Positions 12,633 through 25,422 of a stretch of DNA of 64,000 nt are shown here, piece after piece. Within the stretch, counting starts at the first letter, position 1; every line of letters begins with the position of its first letter. Origin of the DNA: Chromera velia (taxonomy: Eukaryota); contig JAHBMJ010000001.1 of NCBI GenBank assembly GCA_018398765.1, positions 124,001-188,000 on the forward strand. The letters run 5' to 3'. Made by a program: the position numbers and the translations under genes. The notes below the pieces were generated by a model. It ran no database searches. It saw only the letters and a program-made list of their open reading frames with translations, and was not told the DNA's origin.

Positions 12633-13435
12633 CTACCTCCCTGAACCTAATGTCCACTTGAAAAAAAAATATCAAGATCGTCCGCGCCTGCGGCGTGGCC
12701 AATCAAGTCTATCCAAATTTGTGGCCTAGCAAATCTCATTCAAAGAATATATTAAAAAAAATTAAAAAATAATAACGTATAAATAAATCGATATAGTGCC
12801 TTTAAAATACTATTCATACCTAGGTTCTGTACATATCATTATATATAATCATACAATATCAATATTACATCCTACATTACATTATACATAGCTCGGTGCC
12901 AGTATACGGTCATATATAACATCTCTATTCATTCATCTTCTGAATCAGAATCAGCAAGATTGCTTAACCTGCAGATTTCACGGGCTTACACCTACGTTTG
13001 GCGAGCTTGCACTCTGAGACCGCGCGCTTGACAAAGAGCAAGCCTCTTTTGTTGCTCTTGTCTCTCTGCCTCTCTCTGCTGGGCCTCAAAAGTCTGTCAA
13101 TCTCATCGATTTTTTTTTTTTTCAGGGTTATTTGGATATACTTACACTTTGGGAGACGGGTGAACATGCATGCAGCTGCGATTCTTTAGCATGCAGCTGC
13201 ATGCTGCCTTTCAAGACACCGCCCGCGCCTGCGGCACGGCCGGTCAAGACACTGCCCACGCCTGTGGCGCTGCCTTTCAAGACACCGCCCATGCCTGCGG
13301 CGCGGCCGGTCAAGACACTGCCCGCGCCTGCGGTGCGGGCCTTCAAGATACCGCCCACGCCTGCGGCGCGGGCGTTCAAGCCTATCTAAAAATGCGGCCC
13401 CACCATTCAAGTGGATCTTAGGTTCAGGGAGGTCG
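12633..13435. mobile_element. Non-autonomous DNA transposon with about 30-bp TIRs and GC-rich subterminal repeats
   Basis: Left end CTACCTCCCTGAACCTAATGTCCACTTGAA (12633-12662) is the inverted partner of TTCAAGTGGATCTTAGGTTCAGGGAGGTCG (13406-13435), 3 mismatches. Direct repeat GTTTAG at 12627-12632 and 13436-13441. Confidence 0.75.
13211..13380. repeat. 33-bp tandem repeat, 5 copies plus a partial (TCAAGACACCGCCCGCGCCTGCGGCGCGGCCNN)
   Basis: TCAAG recurs at 13211, 13244, 13277, 13310, 13343 and 13376. One related unit lies at about 12672-12709 near the other TIR. Confidence 0.9.
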
Positions 13436-14908
13436 GTTTAGCCAATCATTCAACAAGTTAATAACAACTATGTAACGTCTATGTTTTTTATCTCTCATTC
13501 TTCTTATCTAGCTACTTAAAGGAAATCCTAGAGAAAGTCATTAAATTTGTATCACAACGATCCTTCTGCTTGCTGTGCACGGTGCACCAGCATCGATCCA
13601 CTTTGGGAAAAGCACTGGTGACTTAAGTGGTGGCAGCAACGCGCTGCATGGAGCCCTGAGGCCGGCTCGAGAGTGGGAGTGTCAAACAAAGCGCATTAAT
13701 TCGAATCTGCAGGTCCGGTCTTTCAATAGCTTCCTCACAGCTTGCGAATTCTTTTCGAAGATTTCCTTCAGTCTCAACACAAGTCACGGCACAAGTTTTC
13801 AACACGAGAGGAGAAAGACGCGATCGAGATTCTTTTCTTAATTGCAGGAACTAGGGCGCCTGGCCGAATCGGATGCCATGCAGAGTGACCCTCGATCATA
13901 CAGCGTTTCCCGATGCGTCCACAGAGAGCGGCAGATTCTCGGCCGTGAAACAAAGCCTGTTGGAAGCACAGAAACCATGCACAGTCTGCATAAAAAATTG
14001 CCCACGCACCGTGCTTATGAAAATGGACCGAAGACTCTGAGATACCGAAGAGTCGCATACAGATAGACCCAGATATGAAAGGACGCGGAGGTTTGCTAGG
14101 AGGTTTGCTCAAAGGTGATCTAAGAGGAGGGGGGAGAAGGAAGGGGAAAGAGAGAGACGGGAGCTCAGAGAAAGGACAGAGACGCACAGAGTCAGACAAG
14201 ACAAAGAGAGGGAGAGAGTGAGAACCAGAGAGAGAAACTGAGACAGAGACAGAGACAGAGACAGAGAAAGACAGATGTGAAAGCTCTCTGCATGCATCAT
14301 ATGGAGGATGCAGTGTTTTTCTGTCGTTCTACTTGGATACTCTGACAGGCAAAGGATAGAAAAAGCGAGAAAAGGAAAAAAGAAAAAACATTTCAGACGG
14401 AGAGACTGACTGGCGGACCGGGAGACAGAGAGAGAGAAAGAAAGAAAAAACGAACATGATCAATTGGTCGAACGGACGGGAGAGAGCGCAGAAGAGACCT
14501 GTAAGGGACTTTCAATGAGNNNNNNNNNNNNNNNNNNNNNNNNNNNNNNNNNNNNNNNNNNNNNNNNNNNNNNNNNNNNNNNNNNNNNNNNNNNNNNNNN
14601 NNNNNNNNNNNNNNNNNNNNNNNNNNNNNNNNNNNNNNNNNNNNNNNNNNNNNNNNNNNNNNNNNNNNNNNNNNNNNNNNNNNNNNNNNNNNNNNNNNNN
14701 NNNNNNNNNNNNNNNNNNNNNNNNNNNNNNNNNNNNNNNNNNNNNNNNNNNNNNNNNNNNNNNNNNNNNNNNNNNNNNNNNNNNNNNNNNNNNNNNNNNN
14801 NNNNNNNNNNNNNNNNNNNNNNNNNNNNNNNNNNNNNNNNNNNNNNNNNNNNNNNNNNNNNNNNNNNNNNNNNNNNNNNNNNNNNNNNNNNNNNNNNNNN
14901 NNNNNNNN

Positions 14909-15928
14909 GGGGGGGGGGGGGGGGGGTGCTGGCTTCTGTATTCGTACCTTGCTGGCATGAAGTCGCGCTTGTTGCAGGTTGATCTCTTCAAAATTTTCGT
15001 GAAGGGATCGACAGCGGAGTCGCATCGGTACCGCGCGTAAAATTCCATATGGAACGAGTCGTACTCGCCGCTCTCAGTCAGGGCGTCGCTGGTGAGGTAG
15101 TACATAGCATTGTTTTTAGGGGTCGTGTACTGACTCTCCGGAACGAGCGTCGTGCCTGCATTCACGCACCACATGAAAAAGGAACGTTGCTGCACTGAAT
15201 ACGGAGAATCTCAAGTGTGTGTGCATACTGAATGATCCAATGAGATCCCAGAAAGGTTCTGCAGCACAGAGAGAGAGAACTTGTGACACCAGCAGTTGCT
15301 GAAAGGCGATCGAGGCAACACTTGTCCACCAGCGCAAAATTTATCTCCGGGTCTCGGAAGCTTTTTTGTGTTTGTTTCGGCATGCGGTTTTCTGCGACAT
15401 CTCCACGCTCCCTGGCTACAGCAGACTTTCGTGCTTCTCCCACACATCTTCAGATCTGAAGAGTCTGCCCTTCAAGATACTTCTGGCAGCAGAATTCGAC
15501 TGTTTCGGGCGGGACACACATGCAGGAAAGACCGGGTTGGTTTAGGGAGAGCTGCAAGTGGTGCGCTGAAAGTCTGCGTGTCTTCTCTTTCTCTCTCACG
15601 CACCTCTGTCGACACAGAGACCCGTCTCTTCGAACCCCTCGCGTTTCAGACTCCACTGGCACCTGCATCCCTGTTTGTTGCAGCAAGCTGCATCCCCTCC
15701 CGGTCTCGTGGGGTCGTCGCAGCAGTTCTTATGGCCGTAGACGGCGCCATCACACGTTGTCAATTTCACAGCGTCTCTTTTACAATTGGCCCATCGGTCC
15801 GGATCGGTCCTGTCGCAGACCTTGCGGGAGACTCTGGAGTCGGCTGACGCTCTCTGAAGGAGCATTGCATCAGTTACTGTCGCGAGGGACAAGAGAAGAG
15901 GCGTAAGGGTGAAAACCTTCATTTTCAT
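14909..15928 (-). CDS. Candidate secreted cysteine-rich protein, multi-exon; 3' end lost in the gap and possibly frameshifted
   Basis: ORF 15928-15596 starts with a signal-peptide-like MKMKVFTLTPLLLSLATVTDA, followed by many Cys (NCC, ACC, CRC). Donor GTGCGT at about 15603. Further Cys-rich segments downstream (EFCCQKY; MCGRSTKVCCSQ...KFCA; FFMWCVNAG...RYRCDS...TCNK) run into the N-gap. The frames do not join cleanly. Confidence 0.5.
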
Positions 15929-16383
15929 CTGACAGCTCAGCGACGGAGAGGAGAAGCTGCTTGGTGGCTCGAAGGGTCAAGTCAAAGAGGTGAATATTTC
16001 GAAGCGGGCTCTTGCTCACCAAGAAAAAGCGTGACCCAAGCTGCTTCCATGTCAGACAGCAAATTAAGTCGAGACGGATCACTTTGATGTGTGTGTATAT
16101 ATATATATATATATGTTCATGCATGCATGCATGCATGAACATTTTTTGTGAAACAAGTGAGTGCGCGCACAAAGCGCGCGCGGAAGTGACCAAGGACGTG
16201 TGAGTGTGTTATATAAACTATGACGGGCTGAAGGAAAACGTTAAAAGACATATAAACATACAGATTACAGTCTGATTCTACGGTCTGATTACTAAATCCT
16301 TTCCTGAGAAACTGATGATATCCAAATGTATCAATCACTCATTCACTCAATCAACCAATCAGTCGATGAATGTATACATTTAA

Positions 16384-17182
16384 TATAGATATACTGTCCG
16401 GAGCTCAGAAAGACGGGCCCCGAAGGGGAATTTGTTTGTTTCTGCCAAAATTAAGGATGCCTGGGGAATGGAATGCATGAAAAGGGGAGACAGGGAAGAA
16501 AGGGGCAACTTCCCCCTGTCTGCCTCTTTATCAGGACTACAGAGAGCTCTTCCGTCTTCTTTATGTTCTTCTCTATTTCTTTTGTCTTCAAAGAATAGCC
16601 CCAAGGTACGGATATCCTGTCTGCCAAGAAGTGCCTTATGTGAGAAGATTAAGCCACTCCTAAGGACATTGACACTAAATCGGAAGGGTCTAACGGGGGG
16701 GCCCAACTCTCTAGGAGAGGTGTTTTGTCTGGCAGAGGGTTGTTTAAATGGAAGAAAAATTGATGATCCCTGGCACCAGCTTTCAGTATGCTCTAATTGG
16801 GTTGAAGCAAGAAATAAACTAAACAAAGTGGTAGAGGGAAAGAAAGTAAAGCAAAAGATTCAGAGAGAAGGAATTGAGGGATCGGATACAGCCGAAACAG
16901 AAGCGAGGAAGATACTGCTTTTAGCTTTACAAGTCGATCCGTATGAAACATGCAGAGCCGTTTGCGATCTTTGTTACTCACTGTGCACGCCTGTCTCTGT
17001 ATGAACGCGACCTTTTCTTCTTCTGTTCGAGTCTTATATTGCCACCTACAATGCGCATGCACCTCAGAGGATCTTGCGCTTAGCCTTATCTCTAGAATGA
17101 TTGACGATCTCTTGCATGAACATGGGCTGCTGAGAGTACGGCTCCACTCTAGCAAAGCCAACTTCATTCACTAATAAATAAC
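16384..17182 (+). mobile_element. 5'-truncated 3' end of a non-LTR retrotransposon (C-terminal CCHC zinc knuckle plus 3' UTR)
   Basis: ORF 16432-17004 contains LRTL...FCLAEGC...IDDPWHQLSVCSNWVEAR, resembling the C-terminal C-x-C...H-x4-C knuckle of LINE ORF2. It is followed by an AATAAATAA tail-like run at about 17173-17181. Confidence 0.45.
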
Positions 17183-18459
17183 CTGTATACTAAAGTCGCC
17201 AAAATTAATTAAAGACCGCAACCTGTGGAGATTTTCTTACAGAGATGGCTGCACCTTGGAGTCCTCACGTATAAAGCTGTCCGCTCCACGCAACGAGTTC
17301 TCTGTCCACACCGACACGGGACAAAGGACACGGTTGAGCTGAAAGTTTTCTTAGTTTATGAAAGATGGAGAGATTGGGTGCTGGAATTTGTAAAACCAGC
17401 CTTCCGTCTCCTCACAGACAAAGATGAATTGATTCGACTTCTGGAGCTGGGAGAACGGAGAACGGAGGAGATCATTTGTCGTTACCTTGTCTCTCCTTTT
17501 TTCCTAGCATTTCTTTTCTTGCAACTCCTCTTTTCCATCCTTATCACTCCTCTGTATGCTGTCGTTCTGGCAAGGGGGTGGGAAGGCTTAAAGCTTGCAC
17601 CCATGTCACCACACTCAGATGGGTCGTCCTTGCACGAATGTCCATGACTATTGAAGAGGGACTCCAACTATGTCTTGAGGCAGCAACCGGGCATCGGCAG
17701 ACCCAGACAAGTCGAATCACTACACTTTTCCCCAGGCGGAGACCTCGAGAAAAAAGGTCAGTCGCTCGCATCATTGCTTGCACTGCCTTCTTCATTCTCG
17801 TTGCGTCTCCGGCGCTTGCCGCCCATTTGCCCCCTACGGCCCTGTGTACGCAGACGGTGAAAGGAATCCCTTGGAGTGTCCCTCCCCCTACCTTCCTCTA
17901 CGCACACATCCAGAGAGTGAGATGCTCTGGGCACTTAGCCTCCCCCACCTTTACATCCAAGCTCTGGGCAGCCGGCACAGCCCACCACATAGATCCCCCT
18001 GCAAGGTTGATCCACCGTTTTTGCTACCGCTGGCTCCGTCCCACCAACGTCCCCCTCTTAACCTCACAGGACATCTGCCGTCTAGATCTCTAGTCACTTT
18101 CCCCCTAGGATGTTTATCTTCTGGCAGGGCTCGTCGATGAACGTAAGTATACAGGGTTCTTCCACCCCCCACCCACAAAAGCAGACAGAAAGGAAGAAGC
18201 CGCAAAGAGAAGATGCACAGTAGCACCATGCTTTTCAGCACAAAGAGCAGACAGACAGCTGGGTCAAGTAAGGACTAGTTATATCCGAACCCCCTCCTCT
18301 ATACCCCCAGCCTCTTCCCCGCCTCACGCACGCCCCAACACCTGCCCGCAGCAAGCAGCCTTCTTTGTCGGTGGACTGCTTCAACTGAACTTCAAGAAGA
18401 GTTACCGCTGGAGCCAGCGCCCGGCCAGAGCCAAACCAATCTGCCCCTTCTCTCTCTTT

Positions 18460-21400
18460 TTGTTCCTTGCTGTTCTTGCGATATCACTCCACCCCACACA
18501 GCTTGTCCCCCCACAGCCAGGCCAACAGGCGCATGCAGGAGCATGGTTCCCCCTAGGAGGACAGGGGGGCAACAACCTTGCGGCCCACATTACCAATGGA
18601 AACATACCCGACCCCCTCCCTGACCCGCCTCTCAGACTGACAGGACAGGACAGCCAGCGCGGAGAACAGGAGGATGTTGTGATGGGCGGAAGCGCTGAAA
18701 GAGACCAACGAACGATGGAAACAGTTGGAGGGACAGTAGCAGCAAACAGACAGCCGCCGCCAAGACCACACCCCACCCAATTCCTAGGCTTTGACGCAAA
18801 CGGAAGGTGTCCCATATCAGAAGTAGAGTCTGTTGACGGAGAAGAGTCAGAGAGAGAAGCACCACCGGCAGCCAGGAGCAAAACACCACCCCCCAACAGG
18901 GTGACAAGAGGACTTACTCCAGAAAACCCAGACTCCAGCATGCGGGGGCCACAGGGAAAAAGAAAGAGACCAAGCGGACGGCATGCCGAGGACCACTGGG
19001 AGAATCCAATCCTCTTAGCAACCGCGCCATCCAACGAAGGGAAGGCGAGGGGGAGGCCCAAGGCCCGATCAGATGGAAGGAGTACAGCGGGGAGGGGGTG
19101 GGGGGGGGCTCCAGCTCAAGCAACAGCAGCAGTAGTAGCAGCAGCAGCTGTAACCCTGCCGCAGCTGTAGCCGTAACAGCAGCAAACTATGGTCAAATGC
19201 CTCTGCTTGGAAGGCCCTAAGGGAGGCCGCTCTCACAGATCTTCCAAATGCTCCATGGAGGGAATTAGGGAAGGTGAGAGAGAGGAGACAGGATGCAGAC
19301 CGACCATGATGCCGAGGAAGAGACGGAAGACGAAGGGGAAGGGAGGGCCGACATAGAAGCAGAAGAGGAAGAAGAAAGAGAGAAAAGAGAAGAAGGGGAA
19401 GGAGAGCCGTCAGATGGAGGGTCAGACATCGACGACCTCACAGATTTGTTGGAGAGACGGGAATGGGGGGAGGAGCCGCCGGAGGGGCAGCAAGGTGTCA
19501 GACGCCGGGCAGGTAGAGGTGCAGGCTCACAGCCCGCAGTGAGGGTTGCTCTGTCAGCAGAGGGAGCCAGAGAGAGAAAGGAAGAAGGGGGGGGGGGAGG
19601 AGAAAGAGAGGGAGGCAGGCCAAATGGGGAGAAAGAAGAGCCAGACATAACCATCGAAGAGTGGGAGGAAAAATGCAAGTTTTGGGACTCCGTAGACCTA
19701 GAAGCAGAAGCCTCCGACGACCTTGACATCCCAACCGACAAATACATCAGTGCGACCCTCCGCCCTGCACTGCTCGCCATCCTAGAAGAATGCACCTAGA
19801 GAATCCAGAGCGATGACCTTGCAGTTGAGGAGCGGGGGTGGAAAGTGCTCTTCTATTTTCTGTCCCTCTTCCTCAGGGTCGACAGGAGAGGGGGGAACGC
19901 ATCCCTCACAGCAAGGAAACGCCGAATCTCAGCCTTCTGGAGGGGAGATTTTGAAGTTCTGGTCTCATCACTAAGATCGGATATTGTTCGAATGAGAGAG
20001 AAGCAACTAGAGAAGAGAAAGGGAAGGAAGCCATCAAAGCAAGCCACAAAAAACAGCATGCGCTGCCATGTTGAGTCCCTCATCAAAGATGGGGCGCTCT
20101 TGAAAGCTGTCTCCTGCCTAGGCTCTCTGGGCATCGCAACACCAACCATGAAAACATACCGCAAGCTGAAAGAACTTCACCCCCCTCGCAGGACCCAATA
20201 TGAGACCAAGCCCCTTCCCGCAGACCCCCCCCGGCTAGAGCTCACACTAGACTCCCTCCTCCAAGTAGCCCGCTCAGCCGCCCATGGCTCTACACAGGGC
20301 ATTTCAGGGTGGCGCTACGAACATATCTGCTTCTTTCTCCCTGGTGATGGGTCAGGGGGGGGGGCGGGATTATGTGCCCTTCTCACGGTGGCACAGTGCC
20401 TTGCAGCGGGCAATGCCCCTCCGTCTCTCCTCCGCTTACTAGCAAGCGGGAGGTCTTTTGCCCTTAACAAGGATACAAAAGGAGATAAAGTGAGATCGAT
20501 CACCATCGAGGATATGCTCCGAAGATGGGTGACCAAGGCTATCTTGATTGAGTATGGGGAGAAGTTTAAGGAGCACCTCGGCGCTCTTCAGTATATAGTC
20601 AGAACTAGCGCAGGGGCAGACAAAATTTTCCGAGCCGTCCAAACCTGCTTGCAGCCCTATCCTAACTCCATCTTCCTTCAGATAGATGCAAACAATGCGT
20701 TCAACACGTGTGATAGACAGAAAGCGATGGATCAATTGCGGGAGCATTTCCCTGAGCTCTATCGTTTCTTTTCCCTCTGGTATGGCATCTCTGTCCCCAT
20801 CTTCTTTCGCGATCAGAAAAGCACACTGCGCACGTTCTTGAGTCAAGAAGGGGTACAGTAAGGAGATGTGGCAGGACTGCTTCTTTTTTGTCTTAGCCTA
20901 AAACCAGCACTAAAAAAGTTGTAAAAGAGGCTGTACGAGAAGCACGGGAGGGTGGGATGCTTTATAGGTGCATATATGGATGACCTCTCCCTCATTTTTC
21001 CTTCCAGCTCTGCTGATTGTCTGACCTCTGCCTGGTCAGATTGTATCAAAATTTTGGGGGAATATGGCCTGACGCTCAATCTGGGCAAAGATAAGAGCGC
21101 AGCCTTCTCTCCTAGTTGGAGGTGGAAAACAGAGAGAAAGATTCCGCAATGACGTCCCCCGGGACTTGAGGTGTCGACAGAGGGCTACAAACTAATGGGG
21201 GCAGCAGGGGGGGGGGACACGTTTGTCAACAGACTGTTTGAAAAGAAGTTGGGGGAGGCCACCAAGCTTGGAAAGCTGGTGGAAGGGTACGGGGACTCCC
21301 AGGGCTGCAGTCTGCTCTTCAAGTACTGTATCTTCCCTAAACTTGTCTACTTGGCCCGAGTGATGGCAGACAGACTGCACACTGATGTCTGGGAGCGGGT

Positions 21401-22950
21401 GGATAAGGAGTTGGGGGACTCTTTTGCCCGCAGTATGCGTCTGGCCCCAGAAGAATAGACCCAAAAGAAGGAGCAGATCTATCTCTTGTTGTGCCAGGGG
21501 GGGTTACTAGGAATCCCTTTCTTCCGTCATATCACGCCGGCAGCGCTAGTAGGCTGCGGTACGCAAACCCTCGCCGCAGTCAGAGGCAGGCTTACCGATC
21601 AAGGTTTTGTAACGCCAACACGATCGGATTTTGCCGGCTTACATTGGGTGAAAAGAGTGGCACAGGCATACACGGACTGCAGAGGGGGGGTGCAGAGGGA
21701 ACTCGGATAGAACCACATTCCCCGGGTGTTGCAAAGTGAGTGGGGGGAGAGAATTAATAATTTCTTAATTTATGAGAGGGGGGAGATGCAGCACTTGATA
21801 ATTGAAGCCCTCCACCTTATTTGCAGAGAATAACTTCTGAATGTGCTGTCCCCTCCAGGGAAAGCATGTTTGAAGTCCTGTTTGGGCACAGGGGCCTCAG
21901 CCTGGCTCACTGCGATGCCATCCTCTGGATGGACAAAAATTTCCCCTATGCTCTTCACCACCGCCGTTTGTCTCCGTCTTAGTCTTCCTATCCTAGAAAT
22001 CAAACGGAACCCAATCTGTGCTTGTGGGGCCACGCTGGACCATGAAGGCCAGCATACATAGACTTGTGGCACGGGGGGGGATGTCTGGTAGAGACATGAA
22101 CAGATGAAAGATACATTCTGCTCTCTTTTGCAGGGGCTCCGTCATTGCTATGTAATAAGAGAGCCAACCTTCGGACAGCTAGGCTTGTCCACTTCCACCC
22201 ATCTCGTCAATGAGAGACAAAAACGTCCCGATTTCCTTGTAGGTCTCCCATCAGGAGACACCGTACTAGGAGACGTCGCAGTGACCCATCTATTCTCAAT
22301 TGATCTAACCGCCTGTGAAGATTCGTAAAAACAGCAAGGTTGGCAGCAAGGGCGATGGAGAAGGTAAAAAATGATAGGTACGGTGAGATCTGTCATGAAA
22401 TCGGATTTCGGTTTGTTCCTCTTATGTTTGAGATATATGGGAGATCAGGAGAGGGGACAATTTGTTTTTTGAAAGAGATGGCGAAGTTGGAGGCTAGAAG
22501 AGTGAGAGGAGGAGAGGGAGACGAGGCAGTGCAGACAAGGCTGATGGACCGGTATTATAAAGTTCTTTCTTACACGCTCCAGCGTTTCGTTGCCGCAAAT
22601 CTTCTCTGTTCAATTCATAGTAGGAGGGGAACCAGAGGGCCCTTCCAGCTTGAGTGCCTTCTTGGTAGGGAGGTCGCAGCGTTCTCTGGGTCTTTCAACT
22701 CGGAGGACACAAACTAAGCGATCTTTTGGTGATTGATTCTTTGTATATAAATAAGATGCAAGCGCATCAGAGGAAAGAAAGAAAAGAAGGTTAAGAAAAT
22801 AAGGGGCAAAGTAATGGGGAGGGTCTTTTTGAAGTTGTTTTCCGCCATTAAAGGGTAGCCTTTGTCAAGGGGACAAACTTTTAGAAAGTTTTTGCCCTGC
22901 CTCTCCCCTCTTTTCATTATTCTCCGAGTCCTACTCTATCGCCGCTTCAG
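18460..22950 (+). mobile_element. Degenerate RLE-type (CRE-clade-like) non-LTR retrotransposon: N-terminal zinc finger, RT, CCHC, restriction-like endonuclease
   Basis: One ancestral ORF of about 18460-22717 with two frameshifts (about 19280 and 22330) and many stops. Motifs: CLC...H...C at about 19198-19250; RT GISGWRYEHI, KVRSITIEDMLRR, QIDANNAFN, EGVQ*GD, AYMDD, GYKLMG; CACG...DHEGQHT*TC...RH; REP; RPDFLV...LGDVAVTH; EKVKNDRY; FVPLMFEIYGR. Outer boundaries are approximate. Confidence 0.85.
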
Positions 22951-24206
22951 AAATAAACCGCAGTAAAAGTAATCAATAAGCAGTGTTCCTAGATTCAGAA
23001 CAGATGGAACAAACCAGAACCTTTTGACAGACTAGGCTAGATCAGCCTCTTATATATAGGGATGTGGCATGCATAACAAAAACTTCAATCATCATACACA
23101 TCATAAAATATTTTAAAAATTCTTAGACTTACGGGTAAAGATATTCTGTAACCTTCTTTACAGGATATTTTTTGATCAATGTTTTGTATACTAATTAATA
23201 AACTCATCAATAATCGGTCAAAAGAGTTTTGCAATCAGATATAAATTTTCTTAAATCTTCTCAAACAGCTTATAATTGTAAAAGAGTTTATATTTTTATG
23301 CAATAAGTGCAATAAGTGCTGATCGATGTTGACGATCAACTTACAAATCAAGTATGATCAAGTTAAGGAAACTTACTATGCAATACTATCATGAAAAACA
23401 TGTATTAAAAAGCAATTTAATGTTCAATAAATGCCAGTCAATATTGACAATCGAGTACAATCGAGTCGAGAAAACTTATCATGAAATAACTTTCAGGCGC
23501 TGTTATGAAAAAACAGGTAAGATAAGAGGTACATCCGGAGAGAGAAACGAAAGGGGGGAAGAGAATGAAGAAAACAGTGACAGAAAGAAAGAAGAAACAC
23601 AGAACAGATTCAACAGATAAAGAGGGAAGAAGAGGTGACGCGAGAAAAGATAGAAGAGCGGAAAAGCGAAATGTGGAAGGTTGTCAGACTAACAATTTTT
23701 TAAAGGCAGTGCTTAGAAAGGGCGGTCCAGTCAGAACTTTCCAGTGAATACGAGGAAACAGAAAGATTAAAATTCGGGAGGTAGTCAGGCAGACAGAATG
23801 GGCACCTGGGATGATGAGAAAGCAGTCAAACAGGCAGGGAAGCAGAACTTTGAGCACACTCAGAAAAAAAGACTAAATTAGGAATATGGTCAGGCACACA
23901 GGAAAGCATACCTTTGTACGACAGCCAACAGGCAGGTAGCCTAAGGTAGGAACATGCTCAGTCGTGCCGGAAGGAAACGTCAAGACGGAAACACAGTCAG
24001 ATTGCGACCTTAGACCCAGTCTAAATCTCACAGTTTATTTGTGAGATGGCATATGGAGATGTATACAGCTGAGAGGTTGGATAAGAGGTTGGAATTGAGA
24101 GAAATGGTATGAGAGAGGCAAGGTAAGAGAAGCGAAATACAATTAAGTGAAGAAATGAGATGTGAGCAAACAGGGTCACCAAGAGAGTAGCCTGTATGCC
24201 TGTCTC

Positions 24207-24238
<32 letters not shown>

Positions 24239-24254
24239 CCTGCCTGCCTGCCTA

Positions 24255-24530
24255 TGTCTGCATCTTTGCATGTCTCTCTGCCTTCCTGCTATTTTGCCAG
24301 TGTCATTCTCTCATTTTGCTGGTCTGCCTATTCTGCTGTTTGGGATATCTGCCTGTTTGCCTGCCTGTCTGCCTGCCAGCCTGCCTAACTATGTATGTCT
24401 GCATCTTTGCATGTCTCTCTGCCTTCCTGCTATTCTGCCAGTGTCATTCTCTCATTTTGCCGGTCTGCCTATTCTATCCTATTCTGCCGTTTAGGATATC
24501 TGCCTGTTTGTCTGCCTGCCTACCTGCCTG
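24255..24530. repeat. Tandem duplication of an approximately 140-bp unit embedded in (CTGC)/(CTGT) microsatellite
   Basis: TGTCTGCATCTTTGCATGTCTCTCTGCCTTCCTGCTATTYTGCCAGTGTCATTCTCTCATTTTGCYGGTCTGCCTATTCT occurs at about 24255 and about 24396. Confidence 0.8.
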
Positions 24531-25422
24531 CAACGCCATGCCCACCTGTCTGCACCGGGTGATAGCTAGGGTATAAGAGCAATCAAATGATGGCTGTGGG
24601 CAGGAAAAATCGAGAACCAAACACGGGAAAGTCTTAGAGTAAAGTGGGAAGAGGCCATACATTGAAATCAGAGTACTAAACTAAGAAGACGTTAAGATGA
24701 TGAGAGAGTCAGCTGTGGGTACTGAGATTTGATGAGAGCTGACGTAAGCGCAAAAGGCTGGGTGAAGAGGCAACTTAGATGATAGTGGGAGAGATGTGGC
24801 ATACAAAGGTGTAATATAAACAGTGAAATGAAATATTAAGCAGGGCAGTGGATTGTCATGCAAATTCAAAGCACGTAATGAAAGCGATCATTATGAGATC
24901 GAGCGGTAATAAGTATATATATACACGTGGAGTGAACACATGATCGAATGATATCGAATGCAAGCAGCAGACCTGCATGAGTGAACATATCAGCATAGTG
25001 GGCTAGCACGAACGCACAATTTTGGGCAGTCGGAGAGCTGCAGGATGCATGCAGACAACGAGGATCGCATACAATGATAGAAGCAGGTGGGAAGGAGAGA
25101 ATGGAGTGCAGTGGAATAAAGCAAACGAATAAGTCTCTGAGAGGCATTGAGAGCATGCAATGAGATGAAAGCAATTAATGTAAGAATGAGGCCATACAGT
25201 GTGAGCAGTATATATAAGTCACAGGTATGTATGGTACTGGTGGTCGTGGATTGTTTGGCCGAATTTTTTTGTTATAGACAAAAATATATAATCGGCTATA
25301 TATATGTATGCAGGAGTGCATCTCAGAGGGCAGTTCATGGTCTAACATTGCGAAGGGCCCTATATACCATGCGCAGTCATATAAACAATCAAGGTTTGTG
25401 CTCCGCATGCATGGACGTTTAA

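Noticed and set aside
13211..13380. CRISPR-like appearance of the 33-bp periodic array
   Set aside because: The units are contiguous with no unique spacers, there are no cas genes, the context is eukaryotic, and the array lies inside a TIR element.
17172..18300. Possible antisense ORF upstream of the CRE-like element
   Set aside because: The minus strand gives protein-like stretches with stops but no motif and inconsistent frames, so it cannot be assigned.
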